Notes under the pieces: generated by a model
Database searches by the model: none
Told to the model about the DNA's origin: nothing
Seen by the model: the letters and a program-made list of their open reading frames with translations, nothing else
Assembly: GCA_037446635.1 (NCBI GenBank)
Contig: JBBIIG010000004.1
Span: 18,943-82,942, forward strand
DNA: 64,000 nucleotides
From: a bacterium
GTDB lineage: Bacteria > Zhuqueibacterota > Zhuqueibacteria > Oceanimicrobiales > Oceanimicrobiaceae
Direction: 5' to 3'
Translations under genes and position numbers: made by a program
Part shown: one piece after another, positions 27,778 to 36,762 of the stretch
Layout: the number at the start of each line of letters is the position of its first letter
Numbering within the stretch: position 1 is the first letter of the stretch

Positions 27778-28562
27778 AAATAACTAATAAGATCGCTCTA
27801 ATTACCGGCGCCGCGCGCGGTATTGGGCAAGCCATTGCGCAGGAACTAGCGCAAGCCGGCGCGCACATCATTGGTGTGGATTTACGCGCGGAAGACCTGC
27901 AGGAAACAGCCGCGCTGGTGCAAAGCTGCGGACGCGATTTTTCGTCACTTGCCTGCAACGTTGCCGATGAAAACGCCATCCGCCAACTGCTGGCAAATTT
28001 AATGCAGAGCGGCGGCTTCGATATTCTTATTAACAACGCTGGCGTGTTGCCCAGCGGGCCGTTTGCCGAACGCAAGTTTGACGATTGGCGCAAGGTGATC
28101 GACATCAACCTCACCGGGCTCATGTCGCTCACCCACGCGGCGCTGCCCATTTTAAAATCGCGCGGCGAGGCACACATCGTAAACATGGCCAGCGTGGCCG
28201 GGAAATTCGGCACCGAGGGCGTGGCGGCGTATGCGGCGTCCAAGCACGGTGTGGTGGGATTTAGCTCGGCGCTGCGGTTCGAGCTGGCGAAGTTCAACAT
28301 CGGCGTCAGTTGGATTTGTCCCAGCATGGTAAACACCCGCATGGCCGCCGGTGTGCCACCCAATTTTTTCACGCCGTTGATGCAGCCCGCGGACGTGGCG
28401 CGCGCCGTACGCCGAGCCATCGAATCCAACGCCGCAGAAGTGTACGCCCCGCGAAGAATGGGATTTCTGGTTTCGATTATGCCGAGTCTGCTGCCGGGTT
28501 TTTCGCGCTGGCTCTCGTGGCACGGCAAGGCTTCGCGCGGATGGCTTACCCGTGAAACGTAA
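27774..28562 (+). CDS. SDR-family short-chain dehydrogenase/reductase
   Basis: ..IALITGAARGIGQAIAQELAQAGAHI.. (TGxxxGxG), ..YAASKHGVVGFS.. (YxxxK). The start overlaps the previous stop (ATGA). Confidence 0.85.
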   Translation: MKITNKIALITGAARGIGQAIAQELAQAGAHIIGVDLRAEDLQETAALVQSCGRDFSSLACNVADENAIRQLLANLMQSGGFDILINNAGVLPSGPFAERKFDDWRKVIDINLTGLMSLTHAALPILKSRGEAHIVNMASVAGKFGTEGVAAYAASKHGVVGFSSALRFELAKFNIGVSWICPSMVNTRMAAGVPPNFFTPLMQPADVARAVRRAIESNAAEVYAPRRMGFLVSIMPSLLPGFSRWLSWHGKASRGWLTRET

Positions 28563-28596
28563 GAACGCGGGAGAGCTTTCGAGCTAAGATAAGAAA

Positions 28597-29892
28597 ATGA
28601 CTGAGCGAATCGACAAATACTGCATCGTCGGCGCCGGATCGTCCGGACTGGCGGCGGCCAAAAACCTGAAGGCGCTTGATATCCCTTTCGATGTTTTAGA
28701 AAGGGAAGACGACGTCGGCGGCTTGTGGAATTTCGGCAAACCCTTCAGCGCCGTCTATCGTTCAACTCATCTGATATCATCGAAGCCGCTCACCGAATAC
28801 ACGGACTTCCCCATACCAGCCGAGTATCCGGATTATCCCAACCATTGGCAGGTTTTGGAATACCTGCGGAATTATGCGCGGGCGTTTGATCTTTATCCCC
28901 ACATTCAATTCAAAACCGTAGTGGAGGAAATACATCCCGCCGAGAATTTTTGGGAAGTGACGCTCAACAGCGGCGAAACGAGGCGCTACCGCGGGGTCAT
29001 CATTGCCAATGGCCATTTGTGGGATCCAAAATTTCCGGACTATCCCGGCCGCTTCGATGGCGTCGCCCTGCACTCTAAAAATTACAAAACCCCGGAGGTG
29101 CTGCGAGACAAGCGCGTACTCGTGGTTGGCGCCGGCAACTCTGGCTGCGACATCGCGGTGGAGTCGGCGCAAAACGCCGCGCGCACGTTCCACAGTGTGC
29201 GGCGAGGTTATTACTACATTCCTAAATATCTCTTCGGGAAACCGGCGGATCAAATTGGTGAAGTTGCGCTGAAACTGCGGCTGCCGGTTTCCGTGCGCCG
29301 CGCCATCAACGGCGCGCTGCTGCGGCTGCTGCACGGCCAGCCGGAAAATTTCGGCCTGCCCAAGCCGGATCATAAATTATTTGAAACCCATCCCATCATC
29401 AATTCGCAGATTTTTTATTATCTCGGCCACGGCGACATCATCCAGAAGCCGGACGTAGCAGAACTGCGCTGTAAGCGCGTGCGCTTCAAAGAGGTCAGGG
29501 AAGAGCAGATCGACGTCATCATCTACGCCACCGGCTTTAACATCACAATTCCATTTCTCGACAAAGCCCACTTGAACTGGCGCAACGGCCACCCGGCGTT
29601 TTATTTGAACGTGTTTCATCCGCAATATGATAATTTGTTTTTGGCAGGATTCATTCAGCCGGACAGCGGCCAGTGGGGGCTGGTGGATTATCAAACGCAG
29701 CTCATCGCCAAATTCATTCGCGCGCAAACTCACGCGCCGCAGAAGGCCGCGGCGTTTCGAAAATTGAAGGCGGGGCCGCTGCCCTATCTCGGCGGCCGGA
29801 TTCGATATGTCAATTCCACGAGGCATTATTTGGAGGTGGAGCATTTCAGCTACCGGCAGCGGCTCAAGAAACTGGCCAAAAAGCTCGCTTAG
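28597..29892 (+). CDS. Flavin-containing monooxygenase (FMO-type, FAD/NADPH-dependent)
   Basis: ..YCIVGAGSSGLAAAKNL.. (FAD GxGxxG), ..DVGGLWNF.. FMO motif, ..VLVVGAGNSGCDIAVE.. (NADPH GxGxxG). Confidence 0.8.
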   Translation: MTERIDKYCIVGAGSSGLAAAKNLKALDIPFDVLEREDDVGGLWNFGKPFSAVYRSTHLISSKPLTEYTDFPIPAEYPDYPNHWQVLEYLRNYARAFDLYPHIQFKTVVEEIHPAENFWEVTLNSGETRRYRGVIIANGHLWDPKFPDYPGRFDGVALHSKNYKTPEVLRDKRVLVVGAGNSGCDIAVESAQNAARTFHSVRRGYYYIPKYLFGKPADQIGEVALKLRLPVSVRRAINGALLRLLHGQPENFGLPKPDHKLFETHPIINSQIFYYLGHGDIIQKPDVAELRCKRVRFKEVREEQIDVIIYATGFNITIPFLDKAHLNWRNGHPAFYLNVFHPQYDNLFLAGFIQPDSGQWGLVDYQTQLIAKFIRAQTHAPQKAAAFRKLKAGPLPYLGGRIRYVNSTRHYLEVEHFSYRQRLKKLAKKLA

Positions 29893-29966
29893 ATTTATTC
29901 TTGCTTCTACTTTTTTTCGCGAGTCAGAAACTTTGATTATTGTAAACCCAATTTACAAAGGAGCAT

Positions 29967-29995
29967 GTAGGGAACGCATAGTATGCGTTCCCTAC
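29967..29995. other. 29-nt perfect palindrome GTAGGGAACGCATA-G-TATGCGTTCCCTAC
   Basis: Read directly: 14-bp arms, 1-nt centre, no flanking T-run. Confidence 0.7.
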
Positions 29996-30048
29996 GTAAG
30001 TTAAGAACCCCCTGATTTGCTTTAGTTTGAAAATATTTTGCGCCATAC

Positions 30049-30086
30049 AAAAAGCCGCCGGCTCTTGGTCCAGCGGCTTTTCTGTT
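30049..30086 (+). terminator. Intrinsic terminator: AAGCCGC..GCGGCTT stem followed by TTCTGTTT
   Basis: AAAAAGCCGCCGGCTCTTGGTCCAGCGGCTTTTCTGTTT downstream of the FMO gene. Confidence 0.55.
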
Positions 30087-30156
30087 TAAAAAAAATTGGG
30101 ATGGGAACGGGACTCAAATCCTGTTTGATATTTTGATAGATAGCGGGAACGACGCC

Positions 30157-32754
30157 ATGATCGGTGACACCATTTCACATTACAAAATCGAAGAAAAGTT
30201 AGGCGCCGGCGGGATGGGCGTGGTGTACAAAGCCCGCGATGTTCTGCTGGATCGCTTCGTGGCGCTCAAGTTTTTGCCGGCCCAAGTTGGCGGCAACGGC
30301 GAAGAAAAGCAGCGTTTCATTCTGGAGGCCAAAACCGCGTCGTCCCTCGACCACACCAACATCTGCACCATTTACGAAATCGACCAAACAGTTGATGGCC
30401 AGATGTTCATCGCCATGGCCTACTACGACGGCGAAACGCTGAAAGAAAAAATCGCGCGCGGGGTGCTCACCACCAACGCCGCCATCGACCTCGCCATGCA
30501 AATCGCGCAGGGGCTCGCCCGCGCCCACAAAGCCGGCATCATTCACCGCGATATTAAACCGGAGAACATCATCGTCACCAAAGAGGGCGCGGCCAAGATT
30601 GTGGATTTCGGATTGGCGAAACTGGCGTCCTCAACTAAAATCACCGAAAGCGATACCACGATGGGCACCCTCGCCTACATGTCCCCCGAACTTTTACACG
30701 GCGAGAACAGCGACCATCGCGCTGACATCTGGTCGCTGGGCGTGGTGCTGTATGAAATGCTCACCGGCCGCCTGCCCTTTCATGGCGAGCCGAACGCCGC
30801 CATGTCGTTGGCCTACGCGATTCTGAACCATGAGCCGGAGCCGCTGGCGCGCTATAAAGCCGGCCTCTCGGCGGAGATGCAGCGCATCATGGATAAAGCG
30901 CTGGACAAAGATCCCGAGACCCGTTTCCAAAGCGCTGATGAATTTTTAGCAGATTTAAAACGCGAACGCAAAACCACCTCGCAAAAAATCAATCTCATCC
31001 CCTCTGTTCCAAAAATCAAAAAGCGGACAAAATTATCCTGGCTGCTGGCGCTGCCGGCGGCCGTGCTCGCCGCCTGGGCCGTTTATCAATTCAGTACGAA
31101 ACCGGTTCCGCCCGATCCCGCGATGCACAAGCAGGTGACGTTTGTGGGCGACGCCGCCCTGCCGGCCATTTCTCCCGACGGCCAGTTTATCGCCTACGTG
31201 GTGGGCAAAAGCGGCGAGCAACGGGTGATGGTGCAAGACCTGCTGAGCGGCAAAGTTTTGGAGGTGTACCCGGCAACCACCCGCATCGGCTCGCTGCTGT
31301 GGTCCTCGGATGGAGCCGAGCTGATGTTTTGGATTATGGCAGTGGATTCGATTTTTAAAACGGTCATCGTGCCGCGATTGGGCGGCCCGGCGCGCACCTT
31401 GATGGCTGCCGGCGACCTGAGTTGGTCGCCGGATCGCCGCCGCATCGCCAGTCTCAATTGGTACACCAAAAAAATTTTCCTGACCACCGTTGGCACCGAG
31501 CACACCTCTGCCATTGATGTTGCTGGCGATTTCATCTGGATGCATGAACTCGAATGGTCGCCGGCTGGCGATCGCCTGCTGTTTCTCACCGAGGACGGGG
31601 ACGGCCAGTACACCATTTGGACGATCAAAGTCGATGGTAGCCAGCAGCAGCCGGTCATCAGCGACAGCGTGATGCTGCCGTCGCCGCGCTGGTCCGCGGC
31701 CAGCGACGCCATTTACTTTCTGCGCTGGAACGGACAAACCAAAGATTTGATGAAAATCAACATTGACCGCGCCAGCGGCAAAGCCGTCCGCGGCCCGCGG
31801 GTGCTGCACAGCGGCTTGCAGGCCGGCAACTACTTCACGATCTCCAAAGACAATCGCCGCATGTTATACACCCGGGAATCGATGGCGTCAAACCTTTGGC
31901 TGGTTCAGCTTGATCGTTCGCAAAAAACGACTTCTTTAAAAACCACCAAGCTCACCACCAGCACCTCGAGTCTGGGGCCAGCGCGTATTTCTCCGGATGG
32001 CCAATGGCTGGCGTTCAGCATGGGCGACCCTTCGGTGAGCAACCTTTTTGTGATACCCTTGGCCGGCGGCGCGGCGCAGCAGCTCACGTTTCTCAGCTCA
32101 TTTAACACCAGTGCGGTGTGGAGTCCGGATGGAAATGAGATCGCCTTTGGCTCCAATCAAAATGGCAAATTTCGAGTTTGGAAAATTCCGGCGCGGGGCG
32201 GCACGCCGCAGCCGTTTGCTCAAAGCGAGTTAAGCTCGAACTCCATTGGACTCAGTTGGGCGCCGGGAAAACATATTTTGTACCAACGTCCGGGAAACCG
32301 CAATTTCCACTTCATCAATCCCCAAACCGGCGAGGAGACGCCGCTGCTCCGCCACCCCGAACTGGGCTGGACGTTTATCCCCCGCTACTCGCCCGACGGC
32401 TCGCAAGTGGTGCTGTTTTGGAATCGCAAAGGCACGCGCGAAGACGGCTTGTGGGTGCTGTCGCTGGCGGACTCTTCACAAACTCTGATTTACCGCGGCA
32501 GCCTTCTGCCAATCGAATGGTCGGCTGATGGCCGGTGGATCTTTGCGTGGGACCCCAACCACAAGCCTTTTGAAATCCGCATGATTCCCGTTCACGGCGG
32601 CCCGGCCAAAACCCTCGTGACGCTGCCGTTCGAAAACATCTCCCCAGACAACGGCATCGCCATGACCCCGAACAGCCGCCAGATCGTCTGCACGGTCGTG
32701 GCCAGCCAATCTGACATTTGGGTGATGGAAACATTTGATCCGGAAATAAAATAG
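30157..32754 (+). CDS. Serine/threonine protein kinase with a TM segment and a C-terminal TolB-like beta-propeller (PD40 repeats)
   Basis: ..LGAGGMGVVYKA.. (G-loop), VALK, HRDIKPEN, DFGLA, ..MSPE.. Followed by repeated ..SPDG.. propeller blades. The ATG at 30157 is preferred over the TTG at 30133. Confidence 0.85.
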   Translation: MIGDTISHYKIEEKLGAGGMGVVYKARDVLLDRFVALKFLPAQVGGNGEEKQRFILEAKTASSLDHTNICTIYEIDQTVDGQMFIAMAYYDGETLKEKIARGVLTTNAAIDLAMQIAQGLARAHKAGIIHRDIKPENIIVTKEGAAKIVDFGLAKLASSTKITESDTTMGTLAYMSPELLHGENSDHRADIWSLGVVLYEMLTGRLPFHGEPNAAMSLAYAILNHEPEPLARYKAGLSAEMQRIMDKALDKDPETRFQSADEFLADLKRERKTTSQKINLIPSVPKIKKRTKLSWLLALPAAVLAAWAVYQFSTKPVPPDPAMHKQVTFVGDAALPAISPDGQFIAYVVGKSGEQRVMVQDLLSGKVLEVYPATTRIGSLLWSSDGAELMFWIMAVDSIFKTVIVPRLGGPARTLMAAGDLSWSPDRRRIASLNWYTKKIFLTTVGTEHTSAIDVAGDFIWMHELEWSPAGDRLLFLTEDGDGQYTIWTIKVDGSQQQPVISDSVMLPSPRWSAASDAIYFLRWNGQTKDLMKINIDRASGKAVRGPRVLHSGLQAGNYFTISKDNRRMLYTRESMASNLWLVQLDRSQKTTSLKTTKLTTSTSSLGPARISPDGQWLAFSMGDPSVSNLFVIPLAGGAAQQLTFLSSFNTSAVWSPDGNEIAFGSNQNGKFRVWKIPARGGTPQPFAQSELSSNSIGLSWAPGKHILYQRPGNRNFHFINPQTGEETPLLRHPELGWTFIPRYSPDGSQVVLFWNRKGTREDGLWVLSLADSSQTLIYRGSLLPIEWSADGRWIFAWDPNHKPFEIRMIPVHGGPAKTLVTLPFENISPDNGIAMTPNSRQIVCTVVASQSDIWVMETFDPEIK

Positions 32755-32933
32755 TTTATATTACTCTCCGCAAAACCTGCCGTTTTTAACAAAGCTGTCA
32801 TCGCGAGCGTTTTTTGCGAAGTGATCTGGTGATTTTGAGCGTGGAGACTGCTTCGGCAAACAACGGCCCGCGCAGTGACATTGGCTTTTTAAACAGCCCC
32901 CTACGTACAAATCTTATTCGAGGAGGGAAAGCG

Positions 32934-33947
32934 ATGAACTCAAAAAAAATTTTTGTTTCTGCGCTTATCTTGCTGATGGTGGTCATCTTTGGCATCATCA
33001 TTTCTTCGCGCTATGAAAACGTCAGCGGCTCCACCACGCCGGAGCCGAAATATTTTCTCACCGCCGATCAAAGCCACAACAAATTCAGCGCTAGCATTCC
33101 GCCAGTGTTGACCGTGCCATCGGGCGCGGTGATTGAAGTGCACACCGAAGAAGCCACCGACGGCCAACTCAACATCAACTCCACTTCCGCCGATGTGCCG
33201 AATGTCAAATTCGATCCCATTCACCCACTCACCGGCCCGGTATTTGTGGAGGGCGCCGAACCCGGCGACGTGCTGGCGGTGAAGCTTCATAAAATTGAAA
33301 TTGGCGATTGGGGCTGGGCCGGCATTTTTCCCGGCTTCGGATTTTTGGCGGAGGAATTCAGCGAGCCGCTTTTGAAAACCTTCAAACTCGGCAAAGACGC
33401 CGCCGTGGCGCATTTCAATGACAAAATCAAAATTCCACTGAAGCCGTTTGCCGGCGTGATGGGCGTGGCGCCGGCCACTGACTCCCTCCTCTCCACCATT
33501 CCGCCGCGCGCCAACGGCGGCAACATGGATGATCCCAATCTCGTGGAAGGCACCACGGTTTACTTCCCGGTGTTTGTCAAAGGCGCGCTGTTTTCCATCG
33601 GCGACACCCACGCCGCTCAGGGACTCGGCGAAGTGTGCGGCACCGCCATCGAAGCGCCGATGCGCATTGTTTATCAGGTGGACGTCATCAAAAATAAAAA
33701 GATGGCCGAGCCGCAGTACGAAACCGCCGACTACTACGCGGTGACCGGCTTCGCCACCACCATCGATGAAGCCGCGAAAAAAGCCACGCGCTACATGATC
33801 GATTACCTCGTCAATGAGCACGGTCTCACGCGCAACGAGGCCTACGTTCTCTGCTCACTGGCGGCCGATCTGAAAATCGCGGAGGTGGTGGATGTGCCGC
33901 ACGTGCTGGTGACGATGCACATCTCGAAGAAGGTGCTGGGAATGTAA
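32934..33947 (+). CDS. Acetamidase/formamidase-family (FmdA/AmdA) protein with an N-terminal membrane anchor
   Basis: ..LTGPVFVEGAEPGDVLAVKLHKIEIGDWGWAGIFPGFGFL.. SD is GAGGAGGG before the ATG 32934. Confidence 0.75.
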   Translation: MNSKKIFVSALILLMVVIFGIIISSRYENVSGSTTPEPKYFLTADQSHNKFSASIPPVLTVPSGAVIEVHTEEATDGQLNINSTSADVPNVKFDPIHPLTGPVFVEGAEPGDVLAVKLHKIEIGDWGWAGIFPGFGFLAEEFSEPLLKTFKLGKDAAVAHFNDKIKIPLKPFAGVMGVAPATDSLLSTIPPRANGGNMDDPNLVEGTTVYFPVFVKGALFSIGDTHAAQGLGEVCGTAIEAPMRIVYQVDVIKNKKMAEPQYETADYYAVTGFATTIDEAAKKATRYMIDYLVNEHGLTRNEAYVLCSLAADLKIAEVVDVPHVLVTMHISKKVLGM

Positions 33948-34116
33948 ACTTATTATAGGTGCATCTATCATTTGAAGGTAGAGGAGGTAATCTAATGAAA
34001 ACGAAACTTCGTCTAGCAAAAATGTTCTTTGCCCTTTTGAACAGAATGAATTAATCGCGATTGTCGAAGGCACCAAAGGGGATATCGTCGTCGCGACGAC
34101 CCAGAAATAATAAACG

Positions 34117-34156
34117 GCGCGCTGGGCCGCAAGCCTGCGCGCTGGGCCGCAAGCCT
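34117..34156. repeat. Perfect 2 x 20-bp tandem repeat (GCGCGCTGGGCCGCAAGCCT)
   Basis: Read directly. The adjacent 14-nt palindrome GTCGTCGCGACGAC is at 34087..34100. Confidence 0.8.
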
Positions 34157-34225
34157 GGAACCCGTGCCGCCGAATTTTTTGCTCAGGTTTGCGGCTCTCC
34201 CCTTTAACAATAAATATTTCACCGC

Positions 34226-35296
34226 TTAGTAAAAAATATCCCAAATCGATCCGCTTTTCCGGCCATACTTTCTAAACCAGTCTTTGTAGCGCTTCTGAGT
34301 GATGATCCCGATGGGGCCGTCGTAAATTCCGCCGCCAATCAGCCCATCAAACACCCGCACCGCGATGACGTTTTCTCCGTCAAATTTGAGATGCTCACGC
34401 GGGATGTAATAAGCTCGCAGCTCCAACCACTCATCCCCGCGAATGGAGATGCGGCTGCGATTTTGGTAGATGCGTCCAGTGCGGCCGATGTGCTCGCCGT
34501 TGAGATAGACTTCGTCCAAATCATCAATTTTTCCAAGCAGTAGAATCAGATTTTCGTTTCCGTACTCTTTGCTGAGCCGGAATTTTTTACGATACCAGGC
34601 AAAGCCATCGTAGTCCGGATATCCCTGGGTTTCCCAATTTAACGGCACCAGGATCGGGCGCCAATTATTGTCATTGAATTCCGGCTTTTTCCACGTCATG
34701 TCATCGCCAGGTGAAAATTTCCACAAACCAGCAAGCGGGGTGTCCGGAGTTAACGGATTCTTTTGCTCGAACAATCCCACCTGACCTCGCACAATTCCCC
34801 CTTCCAACTGTTCATCAAACACGCGCACCGCGATGAGGTTCTCCCCCGAAAAATTAAGATACTCGGTGGGCAGAATATAAATGCGATTAACGTGGTAGGC
34901 TGTGAAATATTCCGGCGGAAAGCTGCCGCTGAAGCCAATGAAATGGCCGTTCAAAAAAATTTGATCCACGTCATCGATATACCCTAAGTGTAAATAGAGG
35001 GTTTTTCCCCGAATATCGGGAGACAGGGTGAAACGTTTACGATACCAGGCATAGCCGTCGTAGCCGGGGAAGCCCTCGTCTTCCCAACTGGAGGGCACGA
35101 AAATGTTCTGCCAATTGCGATCGTCCAAATTCGGCTGCGCCCACTGCGGGTTGTCGCCGATTTCAAATTTCCATTGTCCGCGTAAATCCAGCAGGCGAAT
35201 CCAATCGTCCCCCTGTGCAAAGTTTGGAAATATCGCCCCCGTTAAAAGTAAAATTAGAAACCCACGAATTTTCAAATGTCCAGGGAGCTTAATCAT
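34226..35296 (-). CDS. Secreted protein with two tandem GH2-type galactose-binding-like (sugar-binding) domains
   Basis: Two repeats of ..W(K/E)F..GD.......P..DD..W..I.VP..WE..G(F/Y)P.YDG.AWYRK.F.L... Signal peptide from MIKLPGHLKIRGFLILLL. The upstream 55 codons are unlikely to be coding. Confidence 0.7.
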   Translation of the reverse strand: MIKLPGHLKIRGFLILLLTGAIFPNFAQGDDWIRLLDLRGQWKFEIGDNPQWAQPNLDDRNWQNIFVPSSWEDEGFPGYDGYAWYRKRFTLSPDIRGKTLYLHLGYIDDVDQIFLNGHFIGFSGSFPPEYFTAYHVNRIYILPTEYLNFSGENLIAVRVFDEQLEGGIVRGQVGLFEQKNPLTPDTPLAGLWKFSPGDDMTWKKPEFNDNNWRPILVPLNWETQGYPDYDGFAWYRKKFRLSKEYGNENLILLLGKIDDLDEVYLNGEHIGRTGRIYQNRSRISIRGDEWLELRAYYIPREHLKFDGENVIAVRVFDGLIGGGIYDGPIGIITQKRYKDWFRKYGRKSGSIWDIFY

Positions 35297-35509
35297 CCTT
35301 GCACCTTCTGAGAAAAGTATCAAAATTAGCAGGGAGCGCTTTTTCGAAAACCGCTCCCTGCATCGCGACTGTTGAAAAAGGTCTTTGTCACTCCCGAACG
35401 CTTTTGTCGGGAGTCCATAAGCCGTTGTTTTCGTGGATGCCCGCCAAAGGCATGCGGGCATGACAGCTACTGTTTTTGGACTTTTTCAACAGTCGCTTCG
35501 GGGAGGCCA

Positions 35510-35971
35510 TCAGTTTTCATATACAAAAAACTTCGATTGCAGCGTTTCCGCGAGGAGGATGAAAAACTGATCCGCATCTTTATAATCGGACTTCTTTATC
35601 GTTGAAAGCCATTCGTTATTGTGCATGAAATTGCTGGCGAGCTGCGCTTTGTAACGGATGCGCGGCGTGGGGCCGGTTATCGCCAAACGGTCCAATTCCG
35701 CTGCTATTTCTTCGCAATCCTGCTGGGGATAAAACAGCCTGAATTTCACCACATAAAAAACCGTTGATTCGAGAACGCCAAGATTGTTGGATTTCAGGCT
35801 GTGCAGATAATTCTTTTTAACGGCGTCGAGCATGGATTCGGAGACGCCGTTTGGGTAGCTCAGTTTCGCCGCATCCAGCGTCGGCTTTCCCGACACCTGC
35901 AGTTGCGCGCTGCAATTCGCGAAAAACATTCCCCCAACAATCAGAACGAGAATAAACAAATGCTTTGCCAT
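35510..35971 (-). CDS. Hypothetical secreted protein (153 aa)
   Basis: N-terminal signal peptide MAKHLFILVLIVGGMFFANCSA. No recognisable motif. Confidence 0.5.
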   Translation of the reverse strand: MAKHLFILVLIVGGMFFANCSAQLQVSGKPTLDAAKLSYPNGVSESMLDAVKKNYLHSLKSNNLGVLESTVFYVVKFRLFYPQQDCEEIAAELDRLAITGPTPRIRYKAQLASNFMHNNEWLSTIKKSDYKDADQFFILLAETLQSKFFVYEN

Positions 35972-36078
35972 GACTAAGCCTCCAGTTTATTGGTTCAAAA
36001 TTCTGACTCAATATACTGGCTTAAAATATCACAGATGTCATGGCTGTGTTTGAGATTGTAAAAAATTGTCAAAGAAAA

Positions 36079-36759
36079 TTATAGCACCAGCTTGTAGCCG
36101 ACGCCGTGAACGGTTAGAAGGTGGCGTGGGTGCGCCGGGTTGGCCTCGATTTTCTGGCGCAATCGCACAATAAAATTGTCCACTGTGCGGGTGGTGGGAA
36201 ACTCATCGTAGCCCCACACTTCGGTCAAAAGCTGGTCGCGGCTGACGGTCTGATTTTGATTCCGCCAGAGAAATTTGAGCACCTCAAATTCCCGGTGAGA
36301 CAACGAAACCGATTGACGATCGCGGAAGGCTTCGAAGGTTTTGAAATTCACCTCCAATTGGCCAATCGTCAATTTCGTTTCAGAAACTGGCGCATCGGAT
36401 TTTCTGCGCAAAATCGCTTTAATTCGCGCCAGCAGCTCCCGCAGACCGAACGGCTTGGTAACATAATCGTCGGCGCCCAATTCCAGTCCCAGAACCTTGT
36501 CAATCTCCTCGCCTTTGGCAGTGAGCATCAAAATCGGAGTTTTTACTCCCTTTTCACGAGCGGCTTTACAAACATCGAATCCGAACATTCCTGGCAGCAT
36601 GACGTCGAGAATAATCAAATCATACGTTTGCTCCAACATTTTTTGGAGTCCGCTCTGGCCGTCCTCGGCAAAGTCCACATCGTAGCCTTCGAACTCCAGG
36701 TTATCCTTCAGGCCCAGCCGCATCTGAGGTTCGTCTTCAACAATCAGAATTCGAGGCAT
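36079..36759 (-). CDS. OmpR-family two-component response regulator
   Basis: ..RILIVEDEPQMR.., D in ..LIILDVMLPG.., winged-helix C-terminus ..LTVHGVGYKL. Confidence 0.88.
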   Translation of the reverse strand: MPRILIVEDEPQMRLGLKDNLEFEGYDVDFAEDGQSGLQKMLEQTYDLIILDVMLPGMFGFDVCKAAREKGVKTPILMLTAKGEEIDKVLGLELGADDYVTKPFGLRELLARIKAILRRKSDAPVSETKLTIGQLEVNFKTFEAFRDRQSVSLSHREFEVLKFLWRNQNQTVSRDQLLTEVWGYDEFPTTRTVDNFIVRLRQKIEANPAHPRHLLTVHGVGYKLVL

Positions 36760-36762
36760 CGT

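Noticed and set aside
33994-34053. Calling the 19-codon SD-preceded ORF as a gene
   Set aside because: It is too short to support without conservation or expression data. It is reported only as an observation.
34117-34156. CRISPR array
   Set aside because: There are only two identical 20-bp units with no spacers. No other repeat-spacer structure occurs anywhere in the window.
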